64,000 nucleotides of DNA, taken from Nitrospirales bacterium. Lineage in GTDB: Bacteria > Nitrospirota > Nitrospiria > Nitrospirales > UBA8639. Position numbers and translations under genes: made by a program. How positions within the stretch are numbered: position 1 is the stretch's first letter; every line of letters starts with the position of its first letter. The notes under the pieces are model-generated. The model was not told the DNA's origin, did not search any database, and saw only the letters and a list, made by a program, of their open reading frames with translations. Shown piece by piece: positions 1-12,247 of the stretch. The stretch covers positions 384,001-448,000 of the forward strand of contig CBDBCZ010000012.1 in assembly GCA_965203295.1 (NCBI GenBank), in the 5' to 3' direction.

Positions 1-1419
1 TATTTTGCCGAGATTGGTCGAGCACGCATGTCATTTGCCATAACCATCCCTATGGTGAAGAGGTATACAAGTAACAGTTACATGAACCTTTCAACACTAA
101 GCACAATTTACAAAACTGGTTCTGGTAAACGGACAATTTACTAGGAATGCATATGTGAAATATGCCTTGCGTAGCTATATTTGCATAATTATGGTGGCAG
201 TTTTTTGTGCAGGTTGGGTACTGGTGAATTGTGGTGCATGGTTGGTGACTTGAGGTTGGTTTATGCAGAGTGGAGTATGCATGTGTGGTCATTGGTAATA
301 GTGTGCAGCCGTATATAGGGTGTTGCGGTCATGGTTGAGTGATCACGTGTCAAATTGTTCAGACATCCAACTCTTTGTCCGCCACGGCTTTGAAGATGTC
401 ACCCAAGAAACAGCCAGATGCCATTCTGAACACGTGCCTTGCCCCCGAGGCCTGGGGGAGGGTGGTCGCCAGTTGCAAACCAGCCCCTCGCATAAAAACT
501 GGCTTGCGAGACTAGCTAGTCATGATAAACAACTACTGGAGAAGCTATGCATATCAAAGCAACTGGCCAGATCACTTTGTCAGCAGCACTTTTGCAATGG
601 CTAACCACAGCTGCTAACGGAAGAGCGGAGAGCCACAATGCATGCTGGCTTGAAATACAGTACGGCTACACAAACTCTACTAACCCGGGAACTGTAGTAA
701 GACTCTCTTGATCAAAATATATGACAAATATGACTTTTGTCAGCCATGACTTTGAAGACGTCGACCGAGAAACAGCCAAAGACACAATTTTGAACACGTG
801 TGCTGCCCCCCGAAGCCCGGGGAAGGGTTTATAGATATATATAAATAAACGATTGTTGAGCGTATAGCACGTGATTATTGGCCTCTATCTGCTCAGCAAT
901 CCTGTTTTCCATAATTTGTGTACATATGTACCACAAAGTCTTACTCAATATCCTTAAGCTGGCCAGACAACTTCAAAACTAATAGGGAGTACACACAATC
1001 AGAAAGTAGGCTAGCATGTATACTATACAAAGCTATCTGGGACAGTACTTAGCCTTGCATTGCAGTTAGGAAAGTAATGCAGATACGGAATATGAGAATA
1101 ACCATGTGGCAATATGGTAACATGAATCTCAAGGGTAAATAGGGAAACATATGTACATTCCTCAGTGCATGCATACACATTCTCTGCAGTAAGCATAATT
1201 ACAGACACAGTCATCATGTGTACAGCTTGAAGACCATCACCACACATGGTGTAGTCACAGTTCTGATCATTATTTTGCTTCATTACTTCTAATCATTATA
1301 CAAGTTTGCTATATTATATCAAGACATTAATTTAATAAGCACCATACATTTGAATACTTCTATACGTACAGTAGTGCCTACAACGAGAATAGTACTCAAA
1401 AATCTGCATTTCACATTTT

Positions 1420-1920
1420 GAATGCAAAATTCCTCTGCATGACTACAAAGGCTTTACTCCTTGACCATGATCAGAACTTGGACAGGAATACATCAGTGCC
1501 TTCAGGAAATTATTATGGCTGCTGCTGGGGAATACAGTGGCTGGATTGTTCCAAGAGCATTGTGGCCACAAAGAATCACAAAGTTTGGACCAAAACACTC
1601 AAGATACAGATGGGTTATGTCAAACAAAAGTGTTCTAGATCTACATCACATTTGATGAGCTCCAAGTGGATTATGGGAAAATATGAAGACTGAAGAAGTA
1701 ACAAATAGCCTGATCTTCAAACGGGATCAGACAGGCTTTCAGGTTGTATATACCAGACAAGTGTACAATGCGACAAATTGTGATAACGAACGGCGGATCA
1801 TGGTTGTCACTGCAGATTCATTCATCAGTGAATATCTTTCTCCTCGGGTGATCTACCAAGGTTTCCCCGTGGATGGGAAGTTTGGCACGCCGAAATTCCT
1901 GGTCCAATGAGGATCACTCC
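1420..1920 (+). pseudogene. Degraded pogo/Tigger-like (DDE_1) transposase fragment
   Basis: Frameshifted ORF pieces with pogo-type motifs: 'QMGYVKQKCS', 'IFKRDQTGFQVV', 'EYLSPRVIYQG', and in a shifted frame 'FPRGWEVWH..WSNE'. Confidence 0.6.
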
Positions 1921-2959
1921 AAAGAGAGAGTACGAGATGTCCCATCTACATGTACGTAGCCCTATTTATTATTGAATGATATATGTCTACATGTACGAGG
2001 AGGGAAACAGAGTTGGAGAGAAAGTTTTGTGCAGTCTGATGTGATCCTGACTGTCTCTGCACTGTCAGATGTTTTGCATTTTGTTTAATTCAAGGCAAAG
2101 GCATATCTCCAAGCTGTTGCAGAGATGTTGGCTGCTTTACTTTATGGTCTGAAAAAACAGGTCAAAGAGTGGGCAGTCACTTCTTGTTGCATAATGCATC
2201 GGTACTGAAGACACACAATTGTCAGGCTCTATACTATCAGCTCTACTGTCTGTGGCTTCAGTCTCAACTTCACATTCTCTACAGATATACTAACCATTCC
2301 TCCAATGTTGTCACCATTCATTTGTTTCCATTGTACTGCTGTAATTGTTTGAGAGGTCAACACACCAAACATCAGCTAACAACAAGGAAGGCGCTTTGCT
2401 AGCAGAACACCAATTGTTGAAGTAAGGACCCAATGACTGCCTTTGTACGGTTGACTTGTACATGTACTTAGTTGCAGATAGTGGAGCTTTCTGCTTAGAA
2501 AGCAGCAAAAACTTGTCGAATTGCTTCCTAAGAGGTGCTTCAGCAAAATTTATGAGATCACATACATGTACTTGCCCAGAAAAGCTACACCAATCAACTT
2601 CTGGAGCACCTGGGCAGAGAAGTGCCACGTGAGCAGTGCAGAAGAGTGGAAGGGAATGCCAGGAATACCTGGTCCAGTAATTAATCGTACAAGAACACAA
2701 GGCACAGTGGCGTTAAACTTCTGATATTTTACTTCACATTCAGTTTGGAGGCTAGGAGTCCAACAACAAGGAAGAGAATTAAAGTAGCAGATTTGAGTGG
2801 CCAAAATCATACTCAATTTGATAATTGTAGGCATGATTTCTGAACTATTCGAAACGCAAACAGAACTGTGAATGTGATTCAAGCTATGAATATGTATAGA
2901 TTGGGTAGGTATGCCTCTACAGGGAATCAATTAAATTTCTACAAGTGATAACCATACCT

Positions 2960-2997
2960 TAACCCTAGGCTAACCCTAACCCTAACCCTAACCTAAC
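2960..2997. repeat. Short interstitial (TAACCC)n telomere-type repeat
   Basis: taaccctaggctaaccctaaccctaaccctaacctaac. Confidence 0.8.
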
Positions 2998-4044
2998 ACA
3001 GGAATGAGACATTATTCACTGGATCCACCTCAAGGAGGTTGGAAGTGCTTCGCATAAGCTCCAGGGAAAACCAAAGGGATATTCACAGCAGCAGAACTCT
3101 CAACGCTAAAATTAAAACATCCAATCAGAAAAACTAGAGCCAGACGAGATCATTGCTAAGGATGTGGTGACCGCCATCCAATGCCCTAAGTCACATCAAA
3201 TTGTCAGAGTGGCAGAGACGCTATTATACGTGGAGAATGGTTGGCCCAATTTAATCTAGCTATAATTACAAACTTGGTCCCAGTAACTGCACAGTAAAGT
3301 TACCCCACCAGCTACGCAAGCTTTTGAAGTTAGCTATATATGTACCAGGTTAATATTCACTTAGCTCGCTTTCTCTTTTTAAACAGAATGAACTATCTGA
3401 ATGGGGTGGTTGTAACTAAATTTTGTTGGCCAATTAGTATTGTAGGACCACTTTTTATTGCAATAATAAATGTGAATGCAATTTTTTTGAAGCTCGTAAT
3501 ACATTTTGTCATGAGAAGATTATGTCATCATAACATATGCCGCGCCATGCTGTACTGTACTGTAGCGTCTGGTGTAAATTGTTGCTCGGAAAGTTGCCAT
3601 AGCTAGCGCTGCAGCTGTATTTCTCGTGCCATATGAGCCATCTGCAATATTTGAAGCCGACAAGGATGATTTCCGCTACCACTCCCAGACCATTCTCGTT
3701 GTTCTCATGTTTCAGCCGTGGCTGCTCTCCCACATGAGGGGTCTATATTGCGTTTGTATACGTGGTGGCCTTGAACATTCTCTAGGACATACACACCATC
3801 AGTGCCTTCCTTGACTTGCCATCGTTTTCACATGAAATACAAAATTCTAGAAGCCTTATATGTGAGCGGGCATGGCTGATAATTTTTACGCAATTCACCT
3901 TCAAACCTGAAAACGCAATACTTTTACTTACAAATTCTATGGTATTCAATAAACTAGTAAATAAAATATGCTTACATGTACCTGACTGAATTTGTCGCTG
4001 CTTTTTCTTTTGCTCTATTAACATCCGCTGCAGTGGGCGACAAG

Positions 4045-4700
4045 CACATCGTTAACAAGCCATGTTCATGCAAAGGAAAACTGTAAAGTGTAGGGACAAT
4101 GTCACATTAAAATGCTACCTGCTATAGCACAGGGACTCAGGTTTCACCCTATCCTATCACATCATTAACAAGCCATGTTCATGCAAGGGAAAACTGTGCA
4201 GTGTAGGGACAATGTCACATTAAAATGATACCTGCCATAAGCACGTGGACTCAGGCTAGTCTCGCGGGCCAGACTAACTTTTCGCCGTGGGAAAAGTATA
4301 GTCTGGTCGTCCACTTATCACGTTTTTGTGCATGGTATTTACAAATATTGGTACGTCATGTAGTTTGAATGCTAATTGGTGACGTCACAGGCGAACACGA
4401 ACCAGTCTTACACGGCTTGCTCTCATTCTTTTCGAAGCGTGGTAGAAACTAGTTTCAGATAACCAGCCCGAATCGCTCAGTCAACAGCGAAATCAGCAGC
4501 TAGCTAGCGCGATTCCGGAAACGGAATTTCATTGTACGTGACGTCATGCATTTAATTGCAAAAGAACAATGCGCCAGCATTCCGGCGCACTTGCACCAAA
4601 ATGGAATAAGCGGATGGCCAGACTTACTTTTCCCACGGAGGCGGCGAAAAGTTAGTCTGGCCCGCGAGACTAGACTCAGGCTTTCACCCTATCCTATCAC
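4045..4700. repeat. ~113-bp tandem duplication; second copy interrupted by a MITE
   Basis: Copy 1 is 4045-4157. Copy 2 starts at 4158 and resumes after the MITE with gactcaggctttcaccctatcctatcac. Confidence 0.85.
4257..4672. mobile_element. TAG...CTA MITE with 9-bp TSD (AcademH-like non-autonomous element)
   Basis: TIR tagtctcgcgggccagactaacttttcgcc; perfect TSD gactcaggc at 4248-4256 and 4673-4681; empty site visible in the adjacent duplicate. Confidence 0.85.
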
Positions 4701-4865
4701 CGAAACTGTACTATCAGAAGATTAGCACACATACGTATATGCGTTCTCCTAAAGGCCTTTGCAATAACATGTGCTCAAGGTAAATCAATTGAAAACTGCA
4801 AATGCTATCATATTGTGGGGATGAGATTTCTGAAAATTGTAAAGCTACAGGGACATGTATTGCCT

Positions 4866-7800
4866 TGACATGCTGCTGGTGTCTCTACAGTTTGTTGTGT
4901 CATTGATGCATAGACTGGCAAGTTGTCCACTGGGCACATTCATTGAGCATTCCAGGCTATGGAAACAAGGCCATGATTTTAAGCTGCTTGTTTGCCGCAG
5001 AGGCACAGTTAGATGTCCTTCAATGTTGTGTCTCTAAACTAATGTCACACCTCCCCTCGCTACAGTCCAACCAATAGAAACACTGGGATCCCCAGGCTAT
5101 GACCTAATGTCTCTGAAGTACACCAAACCATTTTGCGGATACCCTGTAACATACACAGAGAGAATATATTTTGAGATTGGGTTGCCTTAGCATGCTGTGA
5201 GATCTATAACCTTACCTCCAGTGTTATGTACTTTGTTTACTGCATTATTGTCTACTTGCAGGGCCACTTCTGATACAATATGTAAGGCACTGAACTTAAT
5301 TACTTCTTATGCACAAGATTAACAGCTTTAGACTAACACTACAGTAGAAGTATTTCATCTGTATTACTACTAGGAATATTCTGTGCACCAAGACTTTTCA
5401 AACTGCACAAGATAATTCCTTTTAATTACCTGCTTGTCCAGTTTCTGCTGACGTCCTGTAGATGCAGGACCACTAGTGGTGGGATCCATCTGTGGAACAC
5501 AATAGGATTTTATGTGACTTGCGGTTCTAAATGCATCCCTTACTGTTCTGCTACGTACACGTACTACTCCGTGTTTGTGTGTTTTCATGACATGGATATA
5601 GTTAGTGACTACTGTTCCTTAAGCAACACCGAATACGTAGATCATACCCCTTACATGCACAGGCAAGCATAACTGATGCAGGCCGAGCTACCTTACAGTT
5701 TTGTGCTGCCTGTATTGTGGGGAAAGGCATTTCTTTCAGCTGTCTGGGAAAGAAAACTGGGCTATACACACACTGATATGAGTGCGTTCAGCTACTGTTT
5801 GAACTTCATTGGGATTTGTGGCACTATTAAAGCATACGACAGCATTGTAGTCTCGTGACCAGACCAAGCGAAAAACGGTGATCTGGCGTGGTTATTACCG
5901 GCACACTTTATTCTGCCACATCTATGGCTGCACATTAGTCTCGCGAGACTGATACACAATATCACAGGCAAGAAGAGCTGCGCTGATGCTAACCTGTTTT
6001 CAGTTGTTATCAGTGCTTAGTAGGAATACTTCCCCACAGAACTACGCCTTTGACCAGATCTAAGCTGACTTGAGTGGGAGGGGCCAGTCTCCGGGCCAAT
6101 CTCTCCTGGCGGAGGTGTCAAAAAGTTAGTCCTGCCCGCGAGAACACGGGGACTAAATTTCGGCTTGGGATAGAATTACATTAGAAGGGGAGGTTTCGTG
6201 GCCCCCCTACACTAAACTCTCCCTTCTTGTTTAGTAGGGAAGATTTAGTTTTTTAGGGGGGGGGCACTAAACTCCCCCTTCTCAACAAGGAGGGGAGGTT
6301 TAGTGCCCCCCCTACACTAAACTTCCCCTTGTTTAGTAGGGAAGATTTAGGGGGGGGGGCACTAATCTCCCCCCTTCTCAACGAGAAGGAATGTTTAGTA
6401 GCCCCCCTACACTAAACTTTCCCTTGTTTAGTAAGGGGGGCACTAAACAGTAAACTCAACAAGAAGGAAACCTGCCCTTGTTAATAGGGAAGATTTAGGG
6501 TACTAAACAGTAAACTCAACAAGAAGGGAAGGTCTAGTGGCCTCTTTGATCACGTGGCACGCCTGCGTTAATTATGCATGGCGTAGATACTCATTATGGC
6601 GGCAGCTTGCTGCTTAAGCAGAACTTTCCAGAAGAGACAGTTGAAGGAGAAGAAAGGAAGAGGAACGTGGGCAGGAAGTGCTTTGAGCAAGTGAGAACAT
6701 TCTTGGTACAACTATATGTGGTGTAAAAAGCCTATGGTGTCAATAATTTTTCATTTCTACTATCATGGAAGAAGAAGCACAAGGGGAATGTAATGTCTGC
6801 TTAGAACCAGCTGTTACATGATCTTCTGTGAAGACTGTAAGAAGCCCTACTGCCAAGAGTGCAATAGCAGGAGACATGCCAAGCGACCAGGCCATTTGTA
6901 CCATAGGCTGTCCCAGCTTCCACTGCTGCCAAGACCTCCTGAAGGTATGCAGCTACAGATGTACCATATAAGCCAGTTTGAAGTGCAGGATAGAGTGCTG
7001 AGAGCTACACTACAATGTACACTAGATCTTGGGGTGTGAACAGCAAAAGAGGCGACAAGCTGTTCTGCACACAACGGTTGTGCCTGTTGTTTGTGACTGT
7101 CATCTACCGGACAATGGCAGCAGGATGGTACAGTGTACAGGCTGTCTGAAGTGGTACCATGTCAAGTGTGTTGTTGAACATGAAGATGAACTGAAGAGCA
7201 AAGATTAATTGGTTTTGTATGCAATGTTACTAAGGTCTTATCCCTTTATGCACACTTGTCACATTGTCATGTATAATATTATAGTGAAAATCGGTCATTT
7301 CATACAACAGGTACAAATTGCATTTAGGGTAGGGTGTAATGGAGAAGCGTAATTGAAAGGGGAACACAGAAGGGGTATAGCGGCTTTGTGCTGCGTAGAT
7401 GATCATGGACAGTGCTGCTGGGGAAATTATAGTGCCACCTGCTACTATATACCAATCAAATAAGATAAGATGGTAGTGTCTAGTTGAGAACAGTGGCCCC
7501 TCTCACTAAAACTTCCCTACTAAACAAGAAGGGGATGTTTAGTGTAGGGCCCCCACTAGACTTTTTCTTCTTGTTGGGAAGGGGGAGTTTAGTGGCCCCT
7601 CCCACTAAATCTTCCCTACTAAACAAGAAGGGGAAGTTTAGTGTAGGGGCGCCACTAAACCTCCCCTTCTTGTTGGAGTTTAGTGCCCCCCCATCCCCCA
7701 CTAAATCTTCCCTACTAAACAAGAAGGGGGAGTTTAGTGTAGAGGGGGCCACTAAACCTCCCCTTCTAATGGTTGGAAAGTGCATAAAAATAGTGACTTA

Positions 7801-8062
7801 TTGTACCAAACCCTAAATTTCGGCGCCTATTTCCTGCCTTGATATTTCTGCTTGCTATTTTTTGGTTGAATAGCGTCTCTCTCAGGGCCGCGGGGCGTCA
7901 GCAGTGGTATTTCGCCCTATTTGCTGACACAGAAACCACGCCATCGAATCGCAGTAGCGGTGCCTTCCCCTTTTCATGTCAGTAGTTCTAGCCCCCAGCC
8001 CGGTTACACCCCAATGCTTAAGGCTTGTACCTTACCCATCCACTTTGTCCACAGCTACTCAT
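4866..8062 (-). other. Possible spliced gene or lncRNA of unknown function (several exon-like segments)
   Basis: AG/GT-bounded segments near 8036-8062 (MSSCGQSGW), 5429-5488 (MDPTTSGPASTGRQQKLDKQ), 5216-5307 and 4866-5035. No recognisable domain; I could not build a consistent frame. Confidence 0.25.
6179..7771 (+). mobile_element. Foldback-like non-autonomous DNA transposon with long tandem-repeat TIRs and B-box + PHD finger remnants
   Basis: Terminal inverted match cattagaaggggaggttt... (6179) / ...aaacctccccttctaatg (7771). The ~300-350-bp arms are built from a repeated actaaact-cccctt-gtttagtagggaagatttag motif. Inside: frameshifted B-box (6765-6943, CNVC...FCEDCKKPYCQECNSRRHAKRPGH) and PHD (7080-7232, CDC...CTGC...HVKC...WFCMQC). 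No TSD seen. Confidence 0.7.
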
Positions 8063-8089
8063 TCAATAGACATGGCGCAATGTTATGAA

Positions 8090-8950
8090 TATGTATTATG
8101 AACTTCTACTTAACTGCAGTATTGTACGCCTAGACAGAAACCGACCGGTGTGGTGTGGCGATATTTACCAGTACTTGTACGAGCTTAGTTAAAGGTAACA
8201 ATGCTTATTTTTGTATCTGTAGATTACGGTAACAGCGAGCTCTGTTTAGGCTTTTTATAGACCACCCGTCATATCTCCCTCTGATAGTCTAGACATTTAT
8301 ATCTGATCTACTTTTAGCTACTTTGGATTACTCTTTTTTTTTCAAATCTTGTTGTGTTGGGTGATTTCAACTTAGACTTTCTCCTCAGTCATCCCATCCT
8401 ATGTACTCCCACCTTTGTATTATTATGGACAGTTTTTTCTCGATCATGGAGGTGATTGATGTCTTTATCCATATCCGACAGCCATCTCTCTTTGTGTTTA
8501 GCTGTGTCTGCACCACAGGTCCTCTTAGACTATTCTGTTATGTCGTGCCTTGAAAGTTCTGATCACTGAGGACTATCAAAAAGCCTTTATACTCATCCCA
8601 TCCATTGTGGCAAAAGAGTCATCTGGAGATATTCCCATGCTAACTTTACTAAAGTGTAGCAAATGTTGGATGACCTGGACCTTGACAGTACTACTATTGA
8701 TGAAACTGCTACAGCTGCATGCATGGTCTCATTGGAGGGAAGCTTTCCTGTCTGTCACAGAGGAATGTGTTAAATTAAAAGCAGAACTAGCTAGTTCCCT
8801 GATAGAATGAATTTGCCTTGGCTGACTAAAGAAGTTATCGGTCATGAAGAAGAGAAACAACTACGACAAAAAAGCTAAGAGGTCTCAGAAAATCTGAGGA
8901 CTTTGAGATAAATGTCTGAGAAACAATGCTGTGTCTATGTTGTGGTTATT
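8090..8950 (+). mobile_element. Degraded LINE (APE endonuclease region)
   Basis: Broken motifs RLDRNR..GVAIF, FYRPPS, VLGDFN, LPWLTKEVI. Confidence 0.6.
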
Positions 8951-10063
8951 GAGTAAGTCACGCAACCCAAAGTCCAAAAATAGGCAAATCCTTTTGGACA
9001 GCTATCCGGTAAATTGGGATTTTGTCTTGGTACTTTATAGATATCAAGAGCCACAACTTCTAACTACCACAGAGAATTGGGGACATGAACTGCTTCCCAA
9101 TTTTATCCCCATTATAATAAAGTGCACGCATTACTTTCTTGTGTTTTCACAATAAATTTTAGAGACAGCAGGTGGAAACATTATATGGGAATCAAACACT
9201 AATTTAAATGCATTACACAACCACAGTAGGCAAAACTACGTTTAGGGAACCATGTATGGAAAACTACCACTGCATGAAAACCCACTTGTACTGGTATATT
9301 ATACTTGAAGAATGCTAAGTGAGATATTCCAGAAGGCCTTGATAAATTATTCTTTTTTTTCCTACCTATTATTCTATTCTTTTTTTTCTTGAATGTCTTA
9401 CCTATTATCAGTCTTTTCATTCTAGTTTTTATTGCACCTATTATTCTCATAAAAATAATAGGAAAGTGAACCAGAACTGGTCCGGAAGAAGCGATTTAGC
9501 TATAGTGACACACCATGAATATACTGTACAAAACTTAGAAACGAGTAACATGGAATTACGCCAGCAATTACATGTACTTGGACGCAGGTTGCAAAGCAAT
9601 TAAGCATAATTATATTATCTTCCACAGGACGAATTCAATCATAATCTCAAAAGGGCTGTGACTCATGATCCATGTGATCCCAAAACTTACCCATTATTCT
9701 TTTTTGGGCCAAAATGACTACCTATTATTCTCAAATAATTCTTAATTCTTTTTGGTACCTATTATTCCCAAAATTATGCCAGCATAATCCATCAGGGCCT
9801 ATGTTCCAGGCTAATTTTAAATCAATCCATGTACAGATACACATGTGACATATACCAAGGGCAGTTACTGTGCAATAACCCACGCATTTAATTAAATTTT
9901 GCCGCCAGCCGCGGCGCACGCCTTACAGCGGATTTCATTTCCGTTCGAACACTAGCGTGCGTGGCGCGTTGCGTAATGATATTCACCGCGTGCACGTGAA
10001 GACAATTTCTGGCAAATTCTCAGTTATTGTCTGCAATCTGCCGAGTAATTTTCATGAAAAAAG

Positions 10064-11142
10064 ATGGAATTTCTCGATTCAGGCGCTTCTCATGTGTCAA
10101 GGTTGCTGGTGGCACAACCAACTCTCACTCAACCAATCGTTATTGCTGAGTCCGGATTGTCCCAATCAAGGGTACAGTTAGGCAGGGCAACTGGCAAGGT
10201 ACATTATTCAAACTATTAATTTTAGCGCATTGGGGATGTAGCTGGGCTAATGGATCAGACATTGAGCGTCTGGCCATGCAATACCGGTATGACGATATGC
10301 ACGTGTGGTGGGTATCAATTAGAATTTTACACCTACTGCAGGACTCAGAAGTCGCAATTACTGCCGTGAAGCCAACCTCAGATGTGTCCTACTCTCTAAA
10401 GGTGATTCATCGTGACAAAAAGTCGGAGTATTCTGTCCGAAAGTGGAGGGATGCCCACCTTACTCGCTTTGAATCTGTCATTGCCCTTAAGCGTAAGCTC
10501 AAGAAGAATTTCTCTGACATTTTGGGAGATGTTACAGAAGATGAAATAGAAATGGGATTTATTGAACCAGGCCATGGGGCAAAAGGAAAGCAGCAGTGGT
10601 TGATGGACACTGATGACCTTAGAGATATGTATAAGACTTACGAGGGGAAAAAAGACATCATGTTGTGGGTATACTTAGGCACCAAAAAGAGACCGCGATC
10701 ACCAGACCCCGAATCATCTTCGAAAAGTAGGAAGACGAAGTATGACGTGCATACTCATAAGATGCTAGAAGTAAAGGATATCGCTGATGATCTTGAAACC
10801 CGCCATGGAAGTGGCTATACTCCAGAACAATACAGTGTCTGGGCACACATGATCCATCTAAGGAAGCACCAGTCTCGTGATCATCCACCTGATAAACCGT
10901 TCTTTAGAGGATCAAAGAAACAGTCTACACCACGTGAGTGTGCTCAATCGACCCATTCCAGTAGCAGTACTAGTACTGGAGCACTTCCTACTGGTATTTC
11001 CCCTGGAAAGCGCATACAACTTCGTTCTCAGAGCATGCAGCAGCTAGAAATGTGGCATTCTCTGTATGAGAAGGGTGCTGTAGAAGAGGAGGAGTACAAA
11101 AAAGTGCAAGACAACATACTCAGTGACATCAAACGCTTTTAG
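10064..11142 (+). CDS. Transposon-borne accessory protein of unknown function (PB1-like domain, WA..I..H.S..PP motif, C-terminal SHOCT-like helix); join(10064..10198,10342..11142)
   Basis: Open 288-aa ORF at 10276-11142. Upstream ATG exon of 45 codons ends AAG/gt (10198); in-frame acceptor ctactgcag/ ends at 10341. Motifs GFIEPGHGAKGKQQWLMDTDDLRDMY and QLEMWHSLYEKGAVEEEEYKKVQDNIL. Confidence 0.75.
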
Positions 11143-11254
11143 ATAGCTATGGCTAACACATCGAGACTATTGGGACACTTTATTATACTACACTGTGTAT
11201 GCCATAATCACTAGTCTAAGACATGTCATTGATTTTCATAACATTGTATCATGT

Positions 11255-12247
11255 TCACTCGGAATATCCAGCATGTGTGATCCAAGCTTGACACTGCTGA
11301 GGTGAAATAGACTGGAACGCTGCTCGGATAATGGGAAGGGGATCAGGAGTTGCTTGCAAGCAATCATCATGTCCTTTGAGGTAGCTTTTCACATAACTAA
11401 AAGCTTCTTCAATTGGCATTAGGTCCGGACTGTATGGAGGTAAAAACAGGAGAAGGACCCCAGATGCTTCGAAGAGCTCATGTATACTCTCTACATGGTG
11501 TATAGAGCAGTTGTCAAGGATGACCACTGAGTGAGGACTTGTGCCATCAAAAGGCTGTAATTGAGGGAGTAAACTACCCCTTATAAAGTCAAAGAAGATA
11601 TCAGAATCTACACTTCCATTAATTAGTTCTAATTCAACAATTCCTGTACAGTCCATGGCAGCAATTGCAGATATCCTGTGACCTCTACTCAGTCTACAGT
11701 GACTTTCTGCACGCAGTCCCCGCAAAGAATAGCCGAACTTCCTTATGTAATTGCGAGCATCACTACCCGTCTCATCTACGAATACAAATGCCTCTCTAGG
11801 AAAAGACAGAGCAGTTGCCATATACGTAGCTCGGTAGTCCATACTTCTTTGTGCTGCAACCAGTCGGATCTTTTTCCTTGTGAGACCATTTTTTCTGAGT
11901 ACTCGGCAAATTGTTGCTTCAGAAACATGCACTCCAGTTACTTCCTCCACTGCCTTGCATATTTCACCCAAGTAGTACGATGGAGTTTCCATTACCAATG
12001 CTACCACAAAAAATTCATGATGAACATCAAGGCACCTTTGGTTTTCACGTTGAGGCTGGTTGGAGGGCTCAACATCTCCTGTCTCCTCAAATCTCTTGAA
12101 TATCAGAGATGCTGTACTGTGAGCTATGCACAGATTGTCTGCTATCTGCCTGAAAGAATGTTCAAAGGCTATTCTTTGCCAGACAACTCTCCATCTGAGA
12201 TCCAACGAATAGGCAGCTTTCCTGCCGGGCTCTGCACTCCTGGCCAT
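11255..12247 (-). CDS. IS630/Tc1-family DD34E transposase
   Basis: N-terminal HTH region (YSLDLRWRVV...VSEATICRVLRKNGLTRKK); triad FVDETG / ILDNCSIH / PPYSPDLMPIE with 34 residues between the second D and E. Likely start is the ATG at 12247 (ORF is open from 12292). Confidence 0.93.
   Translation of the reverse strand: MARSAEPGRKAAYSLDLRWRVVWQRIAFEHSFRQIADNLCIAHSTASLIFKRFEETGDVEPSNQPQRENQRCLDVHHEFFVVALVMETPSYYLGEICKAVEEVTGVHVSEATICRVLRKNGLTRKKIRLVAAQRSMDYRATYMATALSFPREAFVFVDETGSDARNYIRKFGYSLRGLRAESHCRLSRGHRISAIAAMDCTGIVELELINGSVDSDIFFDFIRGSLLPQLQPFDGTSPHSVVILDNCSIHHVESIHELFEASGVLLLFLPPYSPDLMPIEEAFSYVKSYLKGHDDCLQATPDPLPIIRAAFQSISPQQCQAWITHAGYSE

Noticed and set aside
2960..2997. True telomere or chromosome fusion site
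   Set aside because: Only about six imperfect units in one orientation, embedded in repeat-like DNA.
6180..7770. CRISPR-like repeat array, and ORFs 7480-7785 / 7484-7816
   Set aside because: Repeats are tandem without unique spacers, there are no cas genes, and the context is eukaryotic; the ORFs are translations of the repeat.
10276..11142. Partner ORF as a Fanzor/TnpB RNA-guided nuclease
   Set aside because: No RuvC-like D..E..D motifs and no CxxC zinc finger; shorter than expected; it points inward rather than toward the element end.
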